A stretch of 53,740 bases of DNA, from assembly GCA_037137535.1 (NCBI GenBank), contig JBAXKC010000019.1, positions 1 through 53,740 of the forward strand. The letters are read 5' to 3'. Under the pieces are notes generated by a model. It saw only the letters and a program-made list of their open reading frames with translations. It did not search any database and was not told the origin of the DNA. This stretch comes from a bacterium (GTDB lineage: Bacteria > Cyanobacteriota > Vampirovibrionia > Gastranaerophilales > JBAXKC01). Shown here in pieces: positions 1 to 10,002 of the stretch. The position numbers were made by a program, and so were the translations under genes. Position 1 is the stretch's first letter. Each line of letters begins with the position of its first letter.

Positions 1-2
1 TT

Positions 3-1199
3 AAAGAACTGAGTATTAGTTTTTTATTACGCCGCGCCTACAAGTACAAAAACGGAGAAAATCCCATTGTGGTAGCCATTCGTTACCAGGGAGAAAGGAA
101 AGAGATCAATACCGGCCTATCTGTTCTGCCCAAAAACTGGGATGCAAAAGAGGCTTTGGTAAAGGCCAGCGACAAAATGGGGATGTCTACAAATAAGGAG
201 CTTTCTAAAATCCAGATGGAAATTGAAGAGCGATTTATCACCATGCGCCGGGAGGTTGGCGACTTTAGTATCGATGAACTGGTGGATTTCTTAAAGGGAA
301 AATCAGCCCCACAGACTATTGTAGAGTATCTGGATTTGAGACTTGAAGAGTATCAAACAAGGGTAGGAATAGACCTGGCTAGAACGACATTTTATAAGTA
401 CCGTAGAACGTCTACCTATTTTAAGGACTTTTTATTGGAAAAGAAGGAGCAAACAAATCTTGCAGTAAGCCGAATTGATAAAATATTACTCGAGGACTTC
501 TTCAAATACCTCCGTAAAGAGAAGGGCAATGCGCACAACTCTTCTTCTGCCCTGATGAAATGTTTAAGTTCCATTCTGGATGATGCAGAAAAAGCAGGTG
601 TTATCAGGTTTAATCCATTTCAGGAAATACAACTCACCCGCAAGCCGGTTAATCGGGAATACCTGACCAAGGATGAAATAATTGCCATACAAAATCTGCA
701 GAACCTCAGTTCCAGCATGGATATAAAAAGAGACCTGTTCTTGTTTGCCTGCTTCACCGGGCTAGCTTATTCTGACATCAAGGACTTTCACGCCATGAAT
801 ATCATCGTAGAGCCCGATGGTTCAAAACATATAGAACGTTACCGAAACAAAACCTCAGTGATGAGTTATATCCCTTTGCTACAGGTAGCAGAGAATATCT
901 TATTGAAATATTCCCCAACCGAAGATTGCCGCGATTTTCATTGGAAGGTCCCTTGCAATCAAAAACTGAATAGCTCTCTTAAAGACATCGCTAAGCTCGC
1001 AGGGATCCAGAGAAACCTATTCATGCACCTAGCACGTCATACTTTCGCAACTACAGTTACCCTTACACAGGGTATTTCTATAGAGTCTGTAAGCAAGATG
1101 CTTGGTCATAGCACATTGAAACATACGCAGATCTATGCGAAGATTGTGAACTCGAAGGTTAAGGGGGAGATGGAGAAGTTGCGGGAGAGTTTTAATTGA
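3..1199 (+). CDS. Tyrosine site-specific integrase, Bacteroidetes type (Arm-DNA-binding + SAM-like + catalytic domain); 5' end runs off the window
   Basis: Frame is open from nt 3 (KELSISFLLRRAYKYKNGENPIV...). Catalytic motifs FTGLAYSD, RNKT, HLARHTFAT, LGH, TQIYA. Confidence 0.93.
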   Translation, partial: KELSISFLLRRAYKYKNGENPIVVAIRYQGERKEINTGLSVLPKNWDAKEALVKASDKMGMSTNKELSKIQMEIEERFITMRREVGDFSIDELVDFLKGKSAPQTIVEYLDLRLEEYQTRVGIDLARTTFYKYRRTSTYFKDFLLEKKEQTNLAVSRIDKILLEDFFKYLRKEKGNAHNSSSALMKCLSSILDDAEKAGVIRFNPFQEIQLTRKPVNREYLTKDEIIAIQNLQNLSSSMDIKRDLFLFACFTGLAYSDIKDFHAMNIIVEPDGSKHIERYRNKTSVMSYIPLLQVAENILLKYSPTEDCRDFHWKVPCNQKLNSSLKDIAKLAGIQRNLFMHLARHTFATTVTLTQGISIESVSKMLGHSTLKHTQIYAKIVNSKVKGEMEKLRESFN

Positions 1200-1496
1200 A
1201 ATGATTTTTCATAAAAAGATGTCGAGGAAAAGGAGTAAAAAATTTCTTCAATGTTATTAATCCCAGAAAATAAGTAAATCCAACTAATAGGAATTATATA
1301 ACGAATAAACAAAAAGAATAAATAACATAAATTGGTTATATAATTATTGAATGTTTTGTATATTGTAGTGTTGGCGGAAGGGCTATTTGACACACTCTGT
1401 TAATTGAAAAACGAGTAGAACCATACTTAATTATGGTTGTATTACAAATAACCGGATGAATTAAATTCTATTTTAAAGACATTATATTGTAATAAT

Positions 1497-1925
1497 ATGA
1501 AACGAAAAAGTCTTTTTAAAACAACCTCTTGGTTGACGATCTCATTTTTCCTCGGTTTTTTGCCTTTGTGGGTTAAATCGGTAAATTATTCAATAGATCT
1601 TAGTAAGGTCTTTAACTTTAAAGACATAGTAAGTGATTGTTCCATTTTATATTTTTGTTCAACTATAACAGTCGGTGTTTGTGCAGACTTTTTTTATAAT
1701 AGTACTAATAGGTATTTATTGCTAAAAGATTTAAAAAAAGTCATAGGTCTTCCACTCTTCATTTTTTCTTGGACAATTATCATCACTCTGAACGTCTCTT
1801 ATATTACTGTAAAGAATTTAAATATAACAGCAATGTCAGTTGAAACGGCCCTTGTCTTAATAGCAACAATCATTTATATAACTATAATGAAACAAGAAGA
1901 ATTTTCAAAATCCAAATCCCTCTAA
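1497..1925 (+). CDS. Hypothetical membrane protein, about 4 TM helices
   Basis: 142 aa with four hydrophobic segments; 6 nt from the next ORF. Confidence 0.75.
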   Translation: MKRKSLFKTTSWLTISFFLGFLPLWVKSVNYSIDLSKVFNFKDIVSDCSILYFCSTITVGVCADFFYNSTNRYLLLKDLKKVIGLPLFIFSWTIIITLNVSYITVKNLNITAMSVETALVLIATIIYITIMKQEEFSKSKSL

Positions 1926-1931
1926 TAATAA

Positions 1932-3968
1932 ATGACATTTACAGAACTACTACCAATAATATTATCGGCTATATTTTTAATAGTCTATGTATTGTTTTTC
2001 TTTTATTCAAAAAAGAATAATCAGCAATTGTCTTCAATTGAAAACGAAATAGACCTAAACTCAACAAGTAGTATTCTTTCCCTAGAGTTTGATGAAACAA
2101 TAACAACAAATAGACTTGAAACTGATTTGACTTTCTTTGCTAATACAATTTACAAAATAAGAAGCAATATTGATAACTCATATTCAAACCCGTATAGAAT
2201 TAGTAGTCTGAATAATACCTTAATGACAAATATGCTGCAAGGTTCGGATTCAATAAAAGATTATCTCTTTCCTGTCTTTAATCATTTGTGTGAGTTTAAC
2301 AATTCTCTTTACACATATTTTATCGGGAATTTTTTCGAATCTGTTTTATCAAAAAAAATTGTAAATATTTCAGACTTGGGTAAGAACATAAAAGTTTATG
2401 GTTCAACCAATTTGAAAAAAACTCTTTTCTTACACTTTCTTAAATCAAAAGTTAACTATTCCCAATTAAGAGAATTAATTTTAGATTTAACTGAAGATGA
2501 AAAAATAATTGAAAATTATTCAGACATACTTGCTATAAATTATTTTAAAGAGCCGGAAAGAATTATTTCACTTTTAAATGATATAACACCAAAGTATTCA
2601 TTTTTTAATATTGGTAAACTTGAGGATAAAAAGGAACAGGCAATATTAAAACTAACAATATTTTTTTTCGTAAAAGTTCTCGTGGATTCAAAGGGAAAAA
2701 TAGAAAATGCAAATGTTATTAAAGATTTACTTTTTGAAAAATACAAATTTGTGTTAGAAAGTATTTATGAGCATTCAATTAACCCGGTTTCTATAAAAGT
2801 TAAAGAAGCAGTATTTAAATTCTTGGAGGACGCTGGTATTCAACAATGGAAAAAAGGAATCGGAAACAAAGAAACCGGTAGAGAAATAAATAATTATTTT
2901 TTTGTTGAATATAAAAACACAACCCTTACAAATAAAACTCAACGAAGCATCTTGGAAGAATACTTCAAATATTTTATTGAATTATTTAACGAAACGCTGG
3001 ATTCAAGTAAAGAAACAGAATTTATTGATGATTCTATAAAAATGATTGAGTTTGGAAAGTTTAGCATCAACGGATATTTAAGCTGTATAGCGTTACATGT
3101 GTACATCATGCAGCTAGGACTTAATAGAAGAAAAACGATTGATACAATCGTCAACAAATTAACTACCGATCCCAATGATTCAAATCATTTTTTCTTAAGT
3201 ATTTTTATAGACAATTTATTAAAAACCAGAAATCAAAATCCTGAATTCTATTTACATGTACTTAGTATTAGTAAGAATATTATTTCCCCTTTGATAGTAA
3301 AAGGTGAATTAAACTTTAACCCATTTTATTTTTTAGATAACACCTTTTTTGCAGATAACCCAAACGAAGAAATATTTTCGGAAATCACAACTGAATTTTT
3401 CAAAATCGATTCTCAAGAAATAATTAAAGAAATAACTCCAAAGATTACATATATTTCCTTCTTAGATAATAAGAAGCCTTCTAGATACATAGCAGCTAAA
3501 ATATTTGAATTAAATCTTTTTAAAAATTCACTTTGGAAAGAAAGCTTAGTGATATTTTTGGCCTCATGCTTTGATAATGATAGAGAATTTATTTTAAACC
3601 TCCTTTCAAAATCAAAAAATAGTTTTTCAATAAATGAATGGCAGTTAGTTAATAAATCCAATTCTGCAATTTTATCACTGCACTTTCCAAGAAGCTACCA
3701 AAGTGAATGGAATGAGTTCATAGTATCAGGATTTATTGAAAATAGAAAAATTAAATATTTTTTAATAAAGGATTTAATTGGCGGGCTAATACAATCTAAC
3801 TCTGTACCAGATTTTTCAAAAGAATTTAGAAAGTTTATAATAGAATTGACTAAGTCTTTTTACGATGAATCTAAAATTTATAACAACTCCTTATCAATTG
3901 ATGAGGTTTACAAAGGTACCATCTCAAAAAAAGAGGTATCTAAAGCAGAATATTATACCAATGAATAA
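1932..3968 (+). CDS. Hypothetical 678-aa protein with N-terminal TM anchor
   Basis: Long ORF; LLPIILSAIFLIVYVLFFFY anchor; no recognisable catalytic motif. Confidence 0.75.
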   Translation: MTFTELLPIILSAIFLIVYVLFFFYSKKNNQQLSSIENEIDLNSTSSILSLEFDETITTNRLETDLTFFANTIYKIRSNIDNSYSNPYRISSLNNTLMTNMLQGSDSIKDYLFPVFNHLCEFNNSLYTYFIGNFFESVLSKKIVNISDLGKNIKVYGSTNLKKTLFLHFLKSKVNYSQLRELILDLTEDEKIIENYSDILAINYFKEPERIISLLNDITPKYSFFNIGKLEDKKEQAILKLTIFFFVKVLVDSKGKIENANVIKDLLFEKYKFVLESIYEHSINPVSIKVKEAVFKFLEDAGIQQWKKGIGNKETGREINNYFFVEYKNTTLTNKTQRSILEEYFKYFIELFNETLDSSKETEFIDDSIKMIEFGKFSINGYLSCIALHVYIMQLGLNRRKTIDTIVNKLTTDPNDSNHFFLSIFIDNLLKTRNQNPEFYLHVLSISKNIISPLIVKGELNFNPFYFLDNTFFADNPNEEIFSEITTEFFKIDSQEIIKEITPKITYISFLDNKKPSRYIAAKIFELNLFKNSLWKESLVIFLASCFDNDREFILNLLSKSKNSFSINEWQLVNKSNSAILSLHFPRSYQSEWNEFIVSGFIENRKIKYFLIKDLIGGLIQSNSVPDFSKEFRKFIIELTKSFYDESKIYNNSLSIDEVYKGTISKKEVSKAEYYTNE

Positions 3969-5004
3969 ATACTTTAGTCAATTAATTGACAATTTATATC
4001 AAGAGGTTAGTCACAAAAAAACCTGTTCTCTGCTCTTTGAAAAGGAAGAGTTTGATGGGAAAGTATATTCTAATGAAAGCTTCTATGAATATACTAAGCA
4101 GTATTTTAATTCCCCCCAAAAATTTTATCTAAAAAGCGAAAACCCCGATTACATATTCTCTTTAAAAAAAGTAAGTGATACGAATCAATTCTCTCAATTT
4201 TCTTTTGATTCACCTTATTCAACAAGATTTGAAGAAAACAAAAAAAGTTATTTTAAATTATTTAATGCCTCTAATTCAGACGTTTTATTAATTTTTTCTC
4301 CAGGTTGGGCGAGGCCTAACTTAAACGTTGAAATAGACTTTTGTGTAAAAATGATGAATTCGGGTATTAATTGCTTGCTCCCTACTATACCTTTTCACCA
4401 AGAAAGAACGCCAAAAGGTTTTTATTCAGGAGAATTATTCATAAGTGCCAACCAACTATTTACTGTTGCTAATTTTAGACAATACGTTGCAGAGTTAAGG
4501 AACATAGTTTCATACTATCGGGATAAATATGATAAAATTGGATTCGTGGGTATGAGTAGTGGTGGTTTTCAGGCTGGTCTCTTGACAACTGTTGAAGAGG
4601 TAGACTTTTACTTTCCATTTATTACCGGAGCGGAACTGAGTACCATAACTTGGAATGGCACATTAACCAAATATGTTAAGAAGGATTTGATAAATAAAAA
4701 TATAACCGAAAAGGAACTTGGTATAATTTGGGCAATCGCTGACCAAAAATATCTGGGTCAAAATTGCAAGGCGAGATATATAAAACAATATATCAGCAAA
4801 TATGATGAAGTAGTACCCACTCCCAATCAATTTGCATTAAACAATATTTATAATAACCCGCCGACATTTTTAATAAACAGTGCCCATACGTCTGTTTTTT
4901 TTAGCTTAAACAAAATTATTAAAGACATGACAAAGGAATTAAAGGCACTACCTAAAATCCATTCTACTAACATTAGCGATGCCAATTGTGGGGCTAGACA
5001 TTGA
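3961..5004 (+). CDS. Alpha/beta-hydrolase fold protein
   Basis: Nucleophile elbow GMSSGG, D in KYDEVVP, H in SAHTS. ATG at 3961 overlaps the upstream stop, so it is preferred over 3865. Confidence 0.8.
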   Translation: MNKYFSQLIDNLYQEVSHKKTCSLLFEKEEFDGKVYSNESFYEYTKQYFNSPQKFYLKSENPDYIFSLKKVSDTNQFSQFSFDSPYSTRFEENKKSYFKLFNASNSDVLLIFSPGWARPNLNVEIDFCVKMMNSGINCLLPTIPFHQERTPKGFYSGELFISANQLFTVANFRQYVAELRNIVSYYRDKYDKIGFVGMSSGGFQAGLLTTVEEVDFYFPFITGAELSTITWNGTLTKYVKKDLINKNITEKELGIIWAIADQKYLGQNCKARYIKQYISKYDEVVPTPNQFALNNIYNNPPTFLINSAHTSVFFSLNKIIKDMTKELKALPKIHSTNISDANCGARH

Positions 5005-5165
5005 AACAATAAGCAGCGGTAATTTTGCTGTTCAGCGATTCGGGGCTTAACGAATAAAGCCCCACTTTAGCTATTAACATTTAACTTTATCAAAAAAACA
5101 GGCAGCAGTTGAGGGTGGACGAATATAAAGATTCCCTCCATCGGCAATACATACAATTTATAGAC
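4965..5165 (+). repeat. Degenerate attC-like imperfect inverted repeat, copy 1
   Basis: TACTAAC...GATGCCAATTGTGGGG arm pairs imperfectly with CCCTCCATCGGCAAT...TTTATAG. Internal hairpin GGGGCTT/AAGCCCC at 5042-5063. Shares blocks with copies 2 and 3. Confidence 0.5.
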
Positions 5166-5239
5166 GAGGCTGTTGAATCACTTCAAAGATTAACTGGCTG
5201 ACATAGAATCAAACTTGCAGATCAAAATTCACTTCCCCA

Positions 5240-7648
5240 ATGATACACAAAGTTGAACGATTAATATCCATCGGAAAATTCCGTAATTATCAAGCAACAG
5301 GTCAAGTTAATTTTCAAAAGCTGACATTATTGTATAGTGACAACGGAGGAGGCAAAACAACACTGACATCTGTTTTACGTTCCTTAACTACAGATAATCC
5401 TGCAATTATTAAAAGCAGGATATCTACAAATCATACTGCACCACAAGCAGCACAAATTATAGAGAGAAATACAACCGGAGTCATTCATCACACCTTTAAT
5501 CCCACGACAGGCTGGACGTTAGCATTTTCCGATATTGAAATATTTGATATACATTTTGTAAATGAAAATATCTATACTGGTTTTGAGTTTAATGATGAAC
5601 ACAAAAAACAGTTGCATCAATTTGTCATTGGAGCAGCCGGCATAGCAATTCAACAACAGATTGAAGTAAATAAAAATGCAAAGACAACTTCACGTCAAAC
5701 GCAAGCCAATATTGAGCAACAACTTTTCACCCAGGTTGGAAATAATTTAAATGAGGATTTAATTACATCTTTTCTTGCAATTGCTCCATCACAAGCAAAT
5801 AATATTGACCAACTTATTAAATCAGCTGAAGCAGCATTGACAAATGCAAGTGCAAACGCAACAATTCGAACATTACAACCTCTAACTCAGTTATCTCAAA
5901 TCAATTCGGGGATAAACTTTACTTCTCTGATTGCCGATTTACAGGCAACTTCTCAAGCAATAAAAGATGCAGCGTTACAAGCTCTCTTTTCAACCCATTG
6001 TCAAGATATATCTGATAATGGTATTGACGGACCTGAAAATTGGTTAAAGAAAGGTTTTGCTTATGTTTCAAATAAGAAAGCAACGGCAAGCACTGAAAAT
6101 GAAGTCTCTCTTTCATGCCCATTTTGCAAGCAAGCAATTGAAAACACAATTGATATTATTAGTGCCTATGTGTTGCAATTCAACTTTGAGTTCAATACAT
6201 TGGTTCAACGACTAGAGACTTATTTAACCACACTTCAAAATTTTAATTTAGAAACGGCAATACAAGCATTAAATAATGCAAATCAACTTAATTCTGGACG
6301 AGTTACATCGTGGAGTACACATTTACCTGCAACTGCATTAGCCCCAACTTTTAATATTATTCCAGATGAAACAATATTAAGAGCTGAATTTCAAGCAATA
6401 ATTGCGGCAGTTCAATTAAAAATTCAAAATCCATCTAAATCTGTTCCCGTAACTACTGCTACAATTTTCCAAGGTTCATTGCAGACTATAAATACAAATA
6501 TTGGAACCTACAACATTTCGGTAACTGCTTATAATGCTTCAATCACGACTTTTCTTGCAGGAATTCAAACTGTTGGGAATGCACAAATTGAAGTGGAACG
6601 ATTAAATAGAATAAAAAGAAGATTTACTCCACCCATTGCTGCACTCTGTGGGCGTTTAACAACGGAAAGGCAAAACCTCAGAAATTTGGAAGCTGCTTAT
6701 CCGGCGCTGGTGCAACAACAGCAAACAGCAGCAACAATTTTTTTCACTAACTATCAGACTCGTATCAATTATTATTTGGGTACAGTATTTAAAACACTTT
6801 TTAGAATTAATAATGTTGCGCATATTCCACCTAGAGGCATGGCAACACAAAGCAAAATTGATTACAAATTAACGATTGATGGTAAAGATATTTCCTTTGC
6901 ACCCAACCAACCATTTAGTGCAAAAGAGTGCTTAAGCGAGGGTGATAAAAGTACTATCGCATTAGCGTTCTTTCTTTCCAAACTTGATATTGACCCAAAT
7001 CGGCAAGACAAAATTTTAGTTTTCGACGACCCTCTTTCAAGTTTAGACACAAACAGAAGAACATATACTATTGGAATAATTAAGTCGCTTTTTCAACAAA
7101 TGAAACAGGTTGTAGTTCTGAGCCACAATGAATACTTTTTGCACGAAATCGGAAAAGATTTTGGAGCTGCCGAAAAAAAAACGTTGCGGATAACAGAAAA
7201 CTTTGCTGCAAAAGCATCTTCCCTTGAAGTTTGCGATTTAGATGAATTGGTTAAAAATGATTACTTCAAACAAATTGAGGCTTTGGAGGATTTCCGAGTT
7301 CATCCAAATCATTCAATAAAGGATACGGCCTTAGGTTGGTTACGAAATGTATTGGAATCCCATTTACGTTTCAAATTTTATAGAGAAATCCGCACAATGC
7401 AAGGGCAAAAAACTTTTGGCAGACTAATTTCATTTCTTGAAACATCTAGTGTGGTTTTTAGGGATAATGCAAATAGGACAACAATAATTTCAAATTTGAA
7501 TTTAATAAATAGCGTATCATGGAAACAGCACCATGGTGACCCAATGCCGAACTTCGCTTCTATGAGCATTAACCCAAACACAATTACTGCATCAGAACTA
7601 GATAATTTGATCCAAGACACTCTTAACTTAATTGAAAATCAATTATGA
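5240..7648 (+). CDS. RloC-like SMC/ABC ATPase (AAA_13) with zinc hook and C-terminal HEPN-like region
   Basis: Walker A YSDNGGGKTT, coiled coil with CPFC, signature LSEGD, Walker B LVFDDP, H-loop SHN, C-terminal LRNVLES. Confidence 0.85.
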   Translation: MIHKVERLISIGKFRNYQATGQVNFQKLTLLYSDNGGGKTTLTSVLRSLTTDNPAIIKSRISTNHTAPQAAQIIERNTTGVIHHTFNPTTGWTLAFSDIEIFDIHFVNENIYTGFEFNDEHKKQLHQFVIGAAGIAIQQQIEVNKNAKTTSRQTQANIEQQLFTQVGNNLNEDLITSFLAIAPSQANNIDQLIKSAEAALTNASANATIRTLQPLTQLSQINSGINFTSLIADLQATSQAIKDAALQALFSTHCQDISDNGIDGPENWLKKGFAYVSNKKATASTENEVSLSCPFCKQAIENTIDIISAYVLQFNFEFNTLVQRLETYLTTLQNFNLETAIQALNNANQLNSGRVTSWSTHLPATALAPTFNIIPDETILRAEFQAIIAAVQLKIQNPSKSVPVTTATIFQGSLQTINTNIGTYNISVTAYNASITTFLAGIQTVGNAQIEVERLNRIKRRFTPPIAALCGRLTTERQNLRNLEAAYPALVQQQQTAATIFFTNYQTRINYYLGTVFKTLFRINNVAHIPPRGMATQSKIDYKLTIDGKDISFAPNQPFSAKECLSEGDKSTIALAFFLSKLDIDPNRQDKILVFDDPLSSLDTNRRTYTIGIIKSLFQQMKQVVVLSHNEYFLHEIGKDFGAAEKKTLRITENFAAKASSLEVCDLDELVKNDYFKQIEALEDFRVHPNHSIKDTALGWLRNVLESHLRFKFYREIRTMQGQKTFGRLISFLETSSVVFRDNANRTTIISNLNLINSVSWKQHHGDPMPNFASMSINPNTITASELDNLIQDTLNLIENQL

Positions 7649-7667
7649 CAGATGACTAAAACCCAAT

Positions 7668-7794
7668 CGACAACAAAAGGTTTTGAACTAATTGTAGAAT
7701 GAAATAATCATCAGCTTTTAGTTATAAATATAGCTTCAATTCCGGTCAGACAGCAATTAAATTCCACAACTGCACAAAGACTATAATGTTAGTA
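7668..7794 (+). repeat. Degenerate attC-like imperfect inverted repeat, copy 2
   Basis: CGACAAC...GTTAGTA ends; TTTTGAACTAATTGTAGAA pairs imperfectly with TTCCACAACTGCACAAAG. Confidence 0.5.
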
Positions 7795-7830
7795 GATATT
7801 TATTGGCAAACTAATTAAACTAATAGAGAA

Positions 7831-8685
7831 ATGAATTTTAAAGAATTCAAAAATATTGTTCAGGCCGACATCAAAGCCGACGAAAGTAATTTACGAGTAT
7901 TCCTATTCACAGAGTTATCTAAATTACCTATCCCTAGAGTTCAAGTAAACAAAAACACTTTCATTGAAAGGGCTGTTCCAATTAACAAATCTCAAGGAGA
8001 TTTCGATTTAAGTAGATTATCATATATTCCTGAACATATCAAACAGATTGCTCCAAAGGGACGCTTTAACAATATAGGAGAACCTCATTTCTACGGAACG
8101 TTTACTGACCTCGTTGAACCAGAAGCAACAAGATTTTACTTAGCTGCAGAGATTGACCAAAGTATACTGAAACAACAATCGAAGACTTTTAATTATACTA
8201 TTAGTAAATGGAGATCTTTCACCTCATTTCCCTCTATCCTATTTATTTTCAAAAAAGATTTCTGCAATAATGATTTAATAAAAGATGCTTACGATAGTTA
8301 TTTAAACAGTACAGAGTATGCAACATTAACTGATGAACAAAGAGAATTGTTAGTATTAATAACAATAGAATTAGGGAAGTTGAAATCTGCAAATGGCTAC
8401 ACAATTACAAATATTGTTTTTGACTTTTATAAATCCATAGGCTATCAGTCAATTATATATCCAGGTATTCCAGGCAAATATCGTGGCAACAACATTGCAA
8501 TGACGCCAAATATTTTTGACAGGAGTTTTAATTTTTTTATGGGTGCCGAATTTTGTTTAACCCAAAAGAATGACGACATTGAAATTACTGTTATATTTAA
8601 AATTGAAGTTAGTCCAGACAACAAACTAAAATATTCAACATTTGACGACAATGAAATTGGCGAGAGCGTTTCTATCAACAAATAG
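7831..8685 (+). CDS. RES domain-like protein
   Basis: ERA...GRFN...FYG, AAE and IIYPG...NIA pattern typical of RES domains. Confidence 0.65.
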   Translation: MNFKEFKNIVQADIKADESNLRVFLFTELSKLPIPRVQVNKNTFIERAVPINKSQGDFDLSRLSYIPEHIKQIAPKGRFNNIGEPHFYGTFTDLVEPEATRFYLAAEIDQSILKQQSKTFNYTISKWRSFTSFPSILFIFKKDFCNNDLIKDAYDSYLNSTEYATLTDEQRELLVLITIELGKLKSANGYTITNIVFDFYKSIGYQSIIYPGIPGKYRGNNIAMTPNIFDRSFNFFMGAEFCLTQKNDDIEITVIFKIEVSPDNKLKYSTFDDNEIGESVSINK

Positions 8686-8694
8686 ATACAAATC

Positions 8695-8891
8695 CGCTAG
8701 CATCAGGTATTGTGCAATTGTGACTAAACATTGAAGCTATTAATGGAAGTAAATATTCAAGCTTAAGTACCGAAGTATTTAATTCTGTTGGGCAGTAGCT
8801 CCAAACTTCAACTTTTAGTTTTATATTTAGTTTCGGTTCATGGCGCACACTTGTTCAATTCCCCAACCTTACAAAGCTTCTAAAGTTGTAT
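8695..8891 (+). repeat. Degenerate attC-like imperfect inverted repeat, copy 3
   Basis: CGCTAGC...GTTGTAT ends; TATTGTGCAATTGTG versus CCCCAACCTTACAAAG; shares ACATTGAA and CTTTTAG-N-TTT blocks with the other copies. Confidence 0.5.
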
Positions 8892-8912
8892 GCAATTTAT
8901 TAATCTATAGTT

Positions 8913-9812
8913 ATGGACTTGCGTTTTGTTCAGATTCCCAAAATTGACAATGACATTCTTCTTGAGGAATTATGTAAAGATTTATTCAAAGCTGATAATA
9001 GCCTTGGTAATGTAAATATCCATGGGAGGCCAGGACAGAAACAAGATGGTATCGATGTTTATGCACGACATCTTATTGATAATATATGGATAGGAGCACA
9101 ATGCAAAGTTCGTTCAACTAACATTCCATTTACTAAAGAGATGTTATTAAGTGAAGTCAATCAGGCTATAAAATTTAATCCAAAAATTTCGAAATATTAT
9201 CTATATACCACCTTAAATAGAGATACTACGACTCAGGGATTTTTAAGAGAAATTAGTGACGAATTAGCAGTGAACAATCAATTCACTTTTGAAATATTAT
9301 TTTGGGAAGACATAGAGGAAGCTCTAAAAAGAGATGAAAATCAGGATGTTTATTACAGGTATTATCATAGTTATTTTAGAGACAATACAGCATTAGGTCA
9401 CTCGATCGGAAAATTAATAAATTTAGAATTATATTTTGGCAACATTCCAGACAGCCATTATGAAATAATGATAGGAAAAATACCTGACTATGAAAACAAA
9501 ACTAGACACAACGTAGATTATTTTAGAAATACATATTACATATCCAACTTACAGGATAAAACAATAGAGTTTTTTACAAAGTCACAGTCTTCGAATAAAG
9601 CGGTCTGCTTTGAATCTGATATTGAAGATGCCTTTAGCAATAATATTGACAGATACCGCATAACAAAATGGATACAAAGCATAGAAAATTTAGATGAACT
9701 AATTTATAATGATATTCACAATTACAAATTTTCTATAACACAACAAGAACGACATGAATTTGAAAAAGACGAATTTGATTTTGGTGTAAATAAAGTTCAA
9801 AAATTTCCTTAA
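8913..9812 (+). CDS. Mrr-like PD-(D/E)XK restriction endonuclease domain protein
   Basis: LEELC...GRPGQKQDGIDVYA...GAQCK motif at the N-terminus; C-terminal half unrecognised. Confidence 0.75.
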   Translation: MDLRFVQIPKIDNDILLEELCKDLFKADNSLGNVNIHGRPGQKQDGIDVYARHLIDNIWIGAQCKVRSTNIPFTKEMLLSEVNQAIKFNPKISKYYLYTTLNRDTTTQGFLREISDELAVNNQFTFEILFWEDIEEALKRDENQDVYYRYYHSYFRDNTALGHSIGKLINLELYFGNIPDSHYEIMIGKIPDYENKTRHNVDYFRNTYYISNLQDKTIEFFTKSQSSNKAVCFESDIEDAFSNNIDRYRITKWIQSIENLDELIYNDIHNYKFSITQQERHEFEKDEFDFGVNKVQKFP

Positions 9813-10002
9813 AACCGATTAAGTGTAAACATTCTTTTTGGGTAAGTTTTCTTTTCATTCCTTTATTTTGAGTGAGAGGATTATCTTAGTTGGCTCTATG
9901 AGACGCAAATGTATAGGCTTGCCAGGAATAGTATTGTCGTTGAAATGCTGATTAAACTACTCGAACAGACAGATATAACAAAATTTGCATAAATAGAAGA
10001 AA

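Noticed and set aside
735-775. Integrase lacks the first catalytic Arg (TGLAYSD)
   Set aside because: Substitution at this position is common in Bacteroidetes integrases such as IntDOT; not evidence of inactivity or novelty.
1372-1390. TGGCGGAAG resembling the reverse complement of a tRNA 3' end (possible att site)
   Set aside because: Too short, no T-loop match and no second copy found in the window.
3865-3960. Longer N-terminus for the hydrolase
   Set aside because: Would overlap the upstream gene by about 100 nt; ATG 3961 gives normal coupling.
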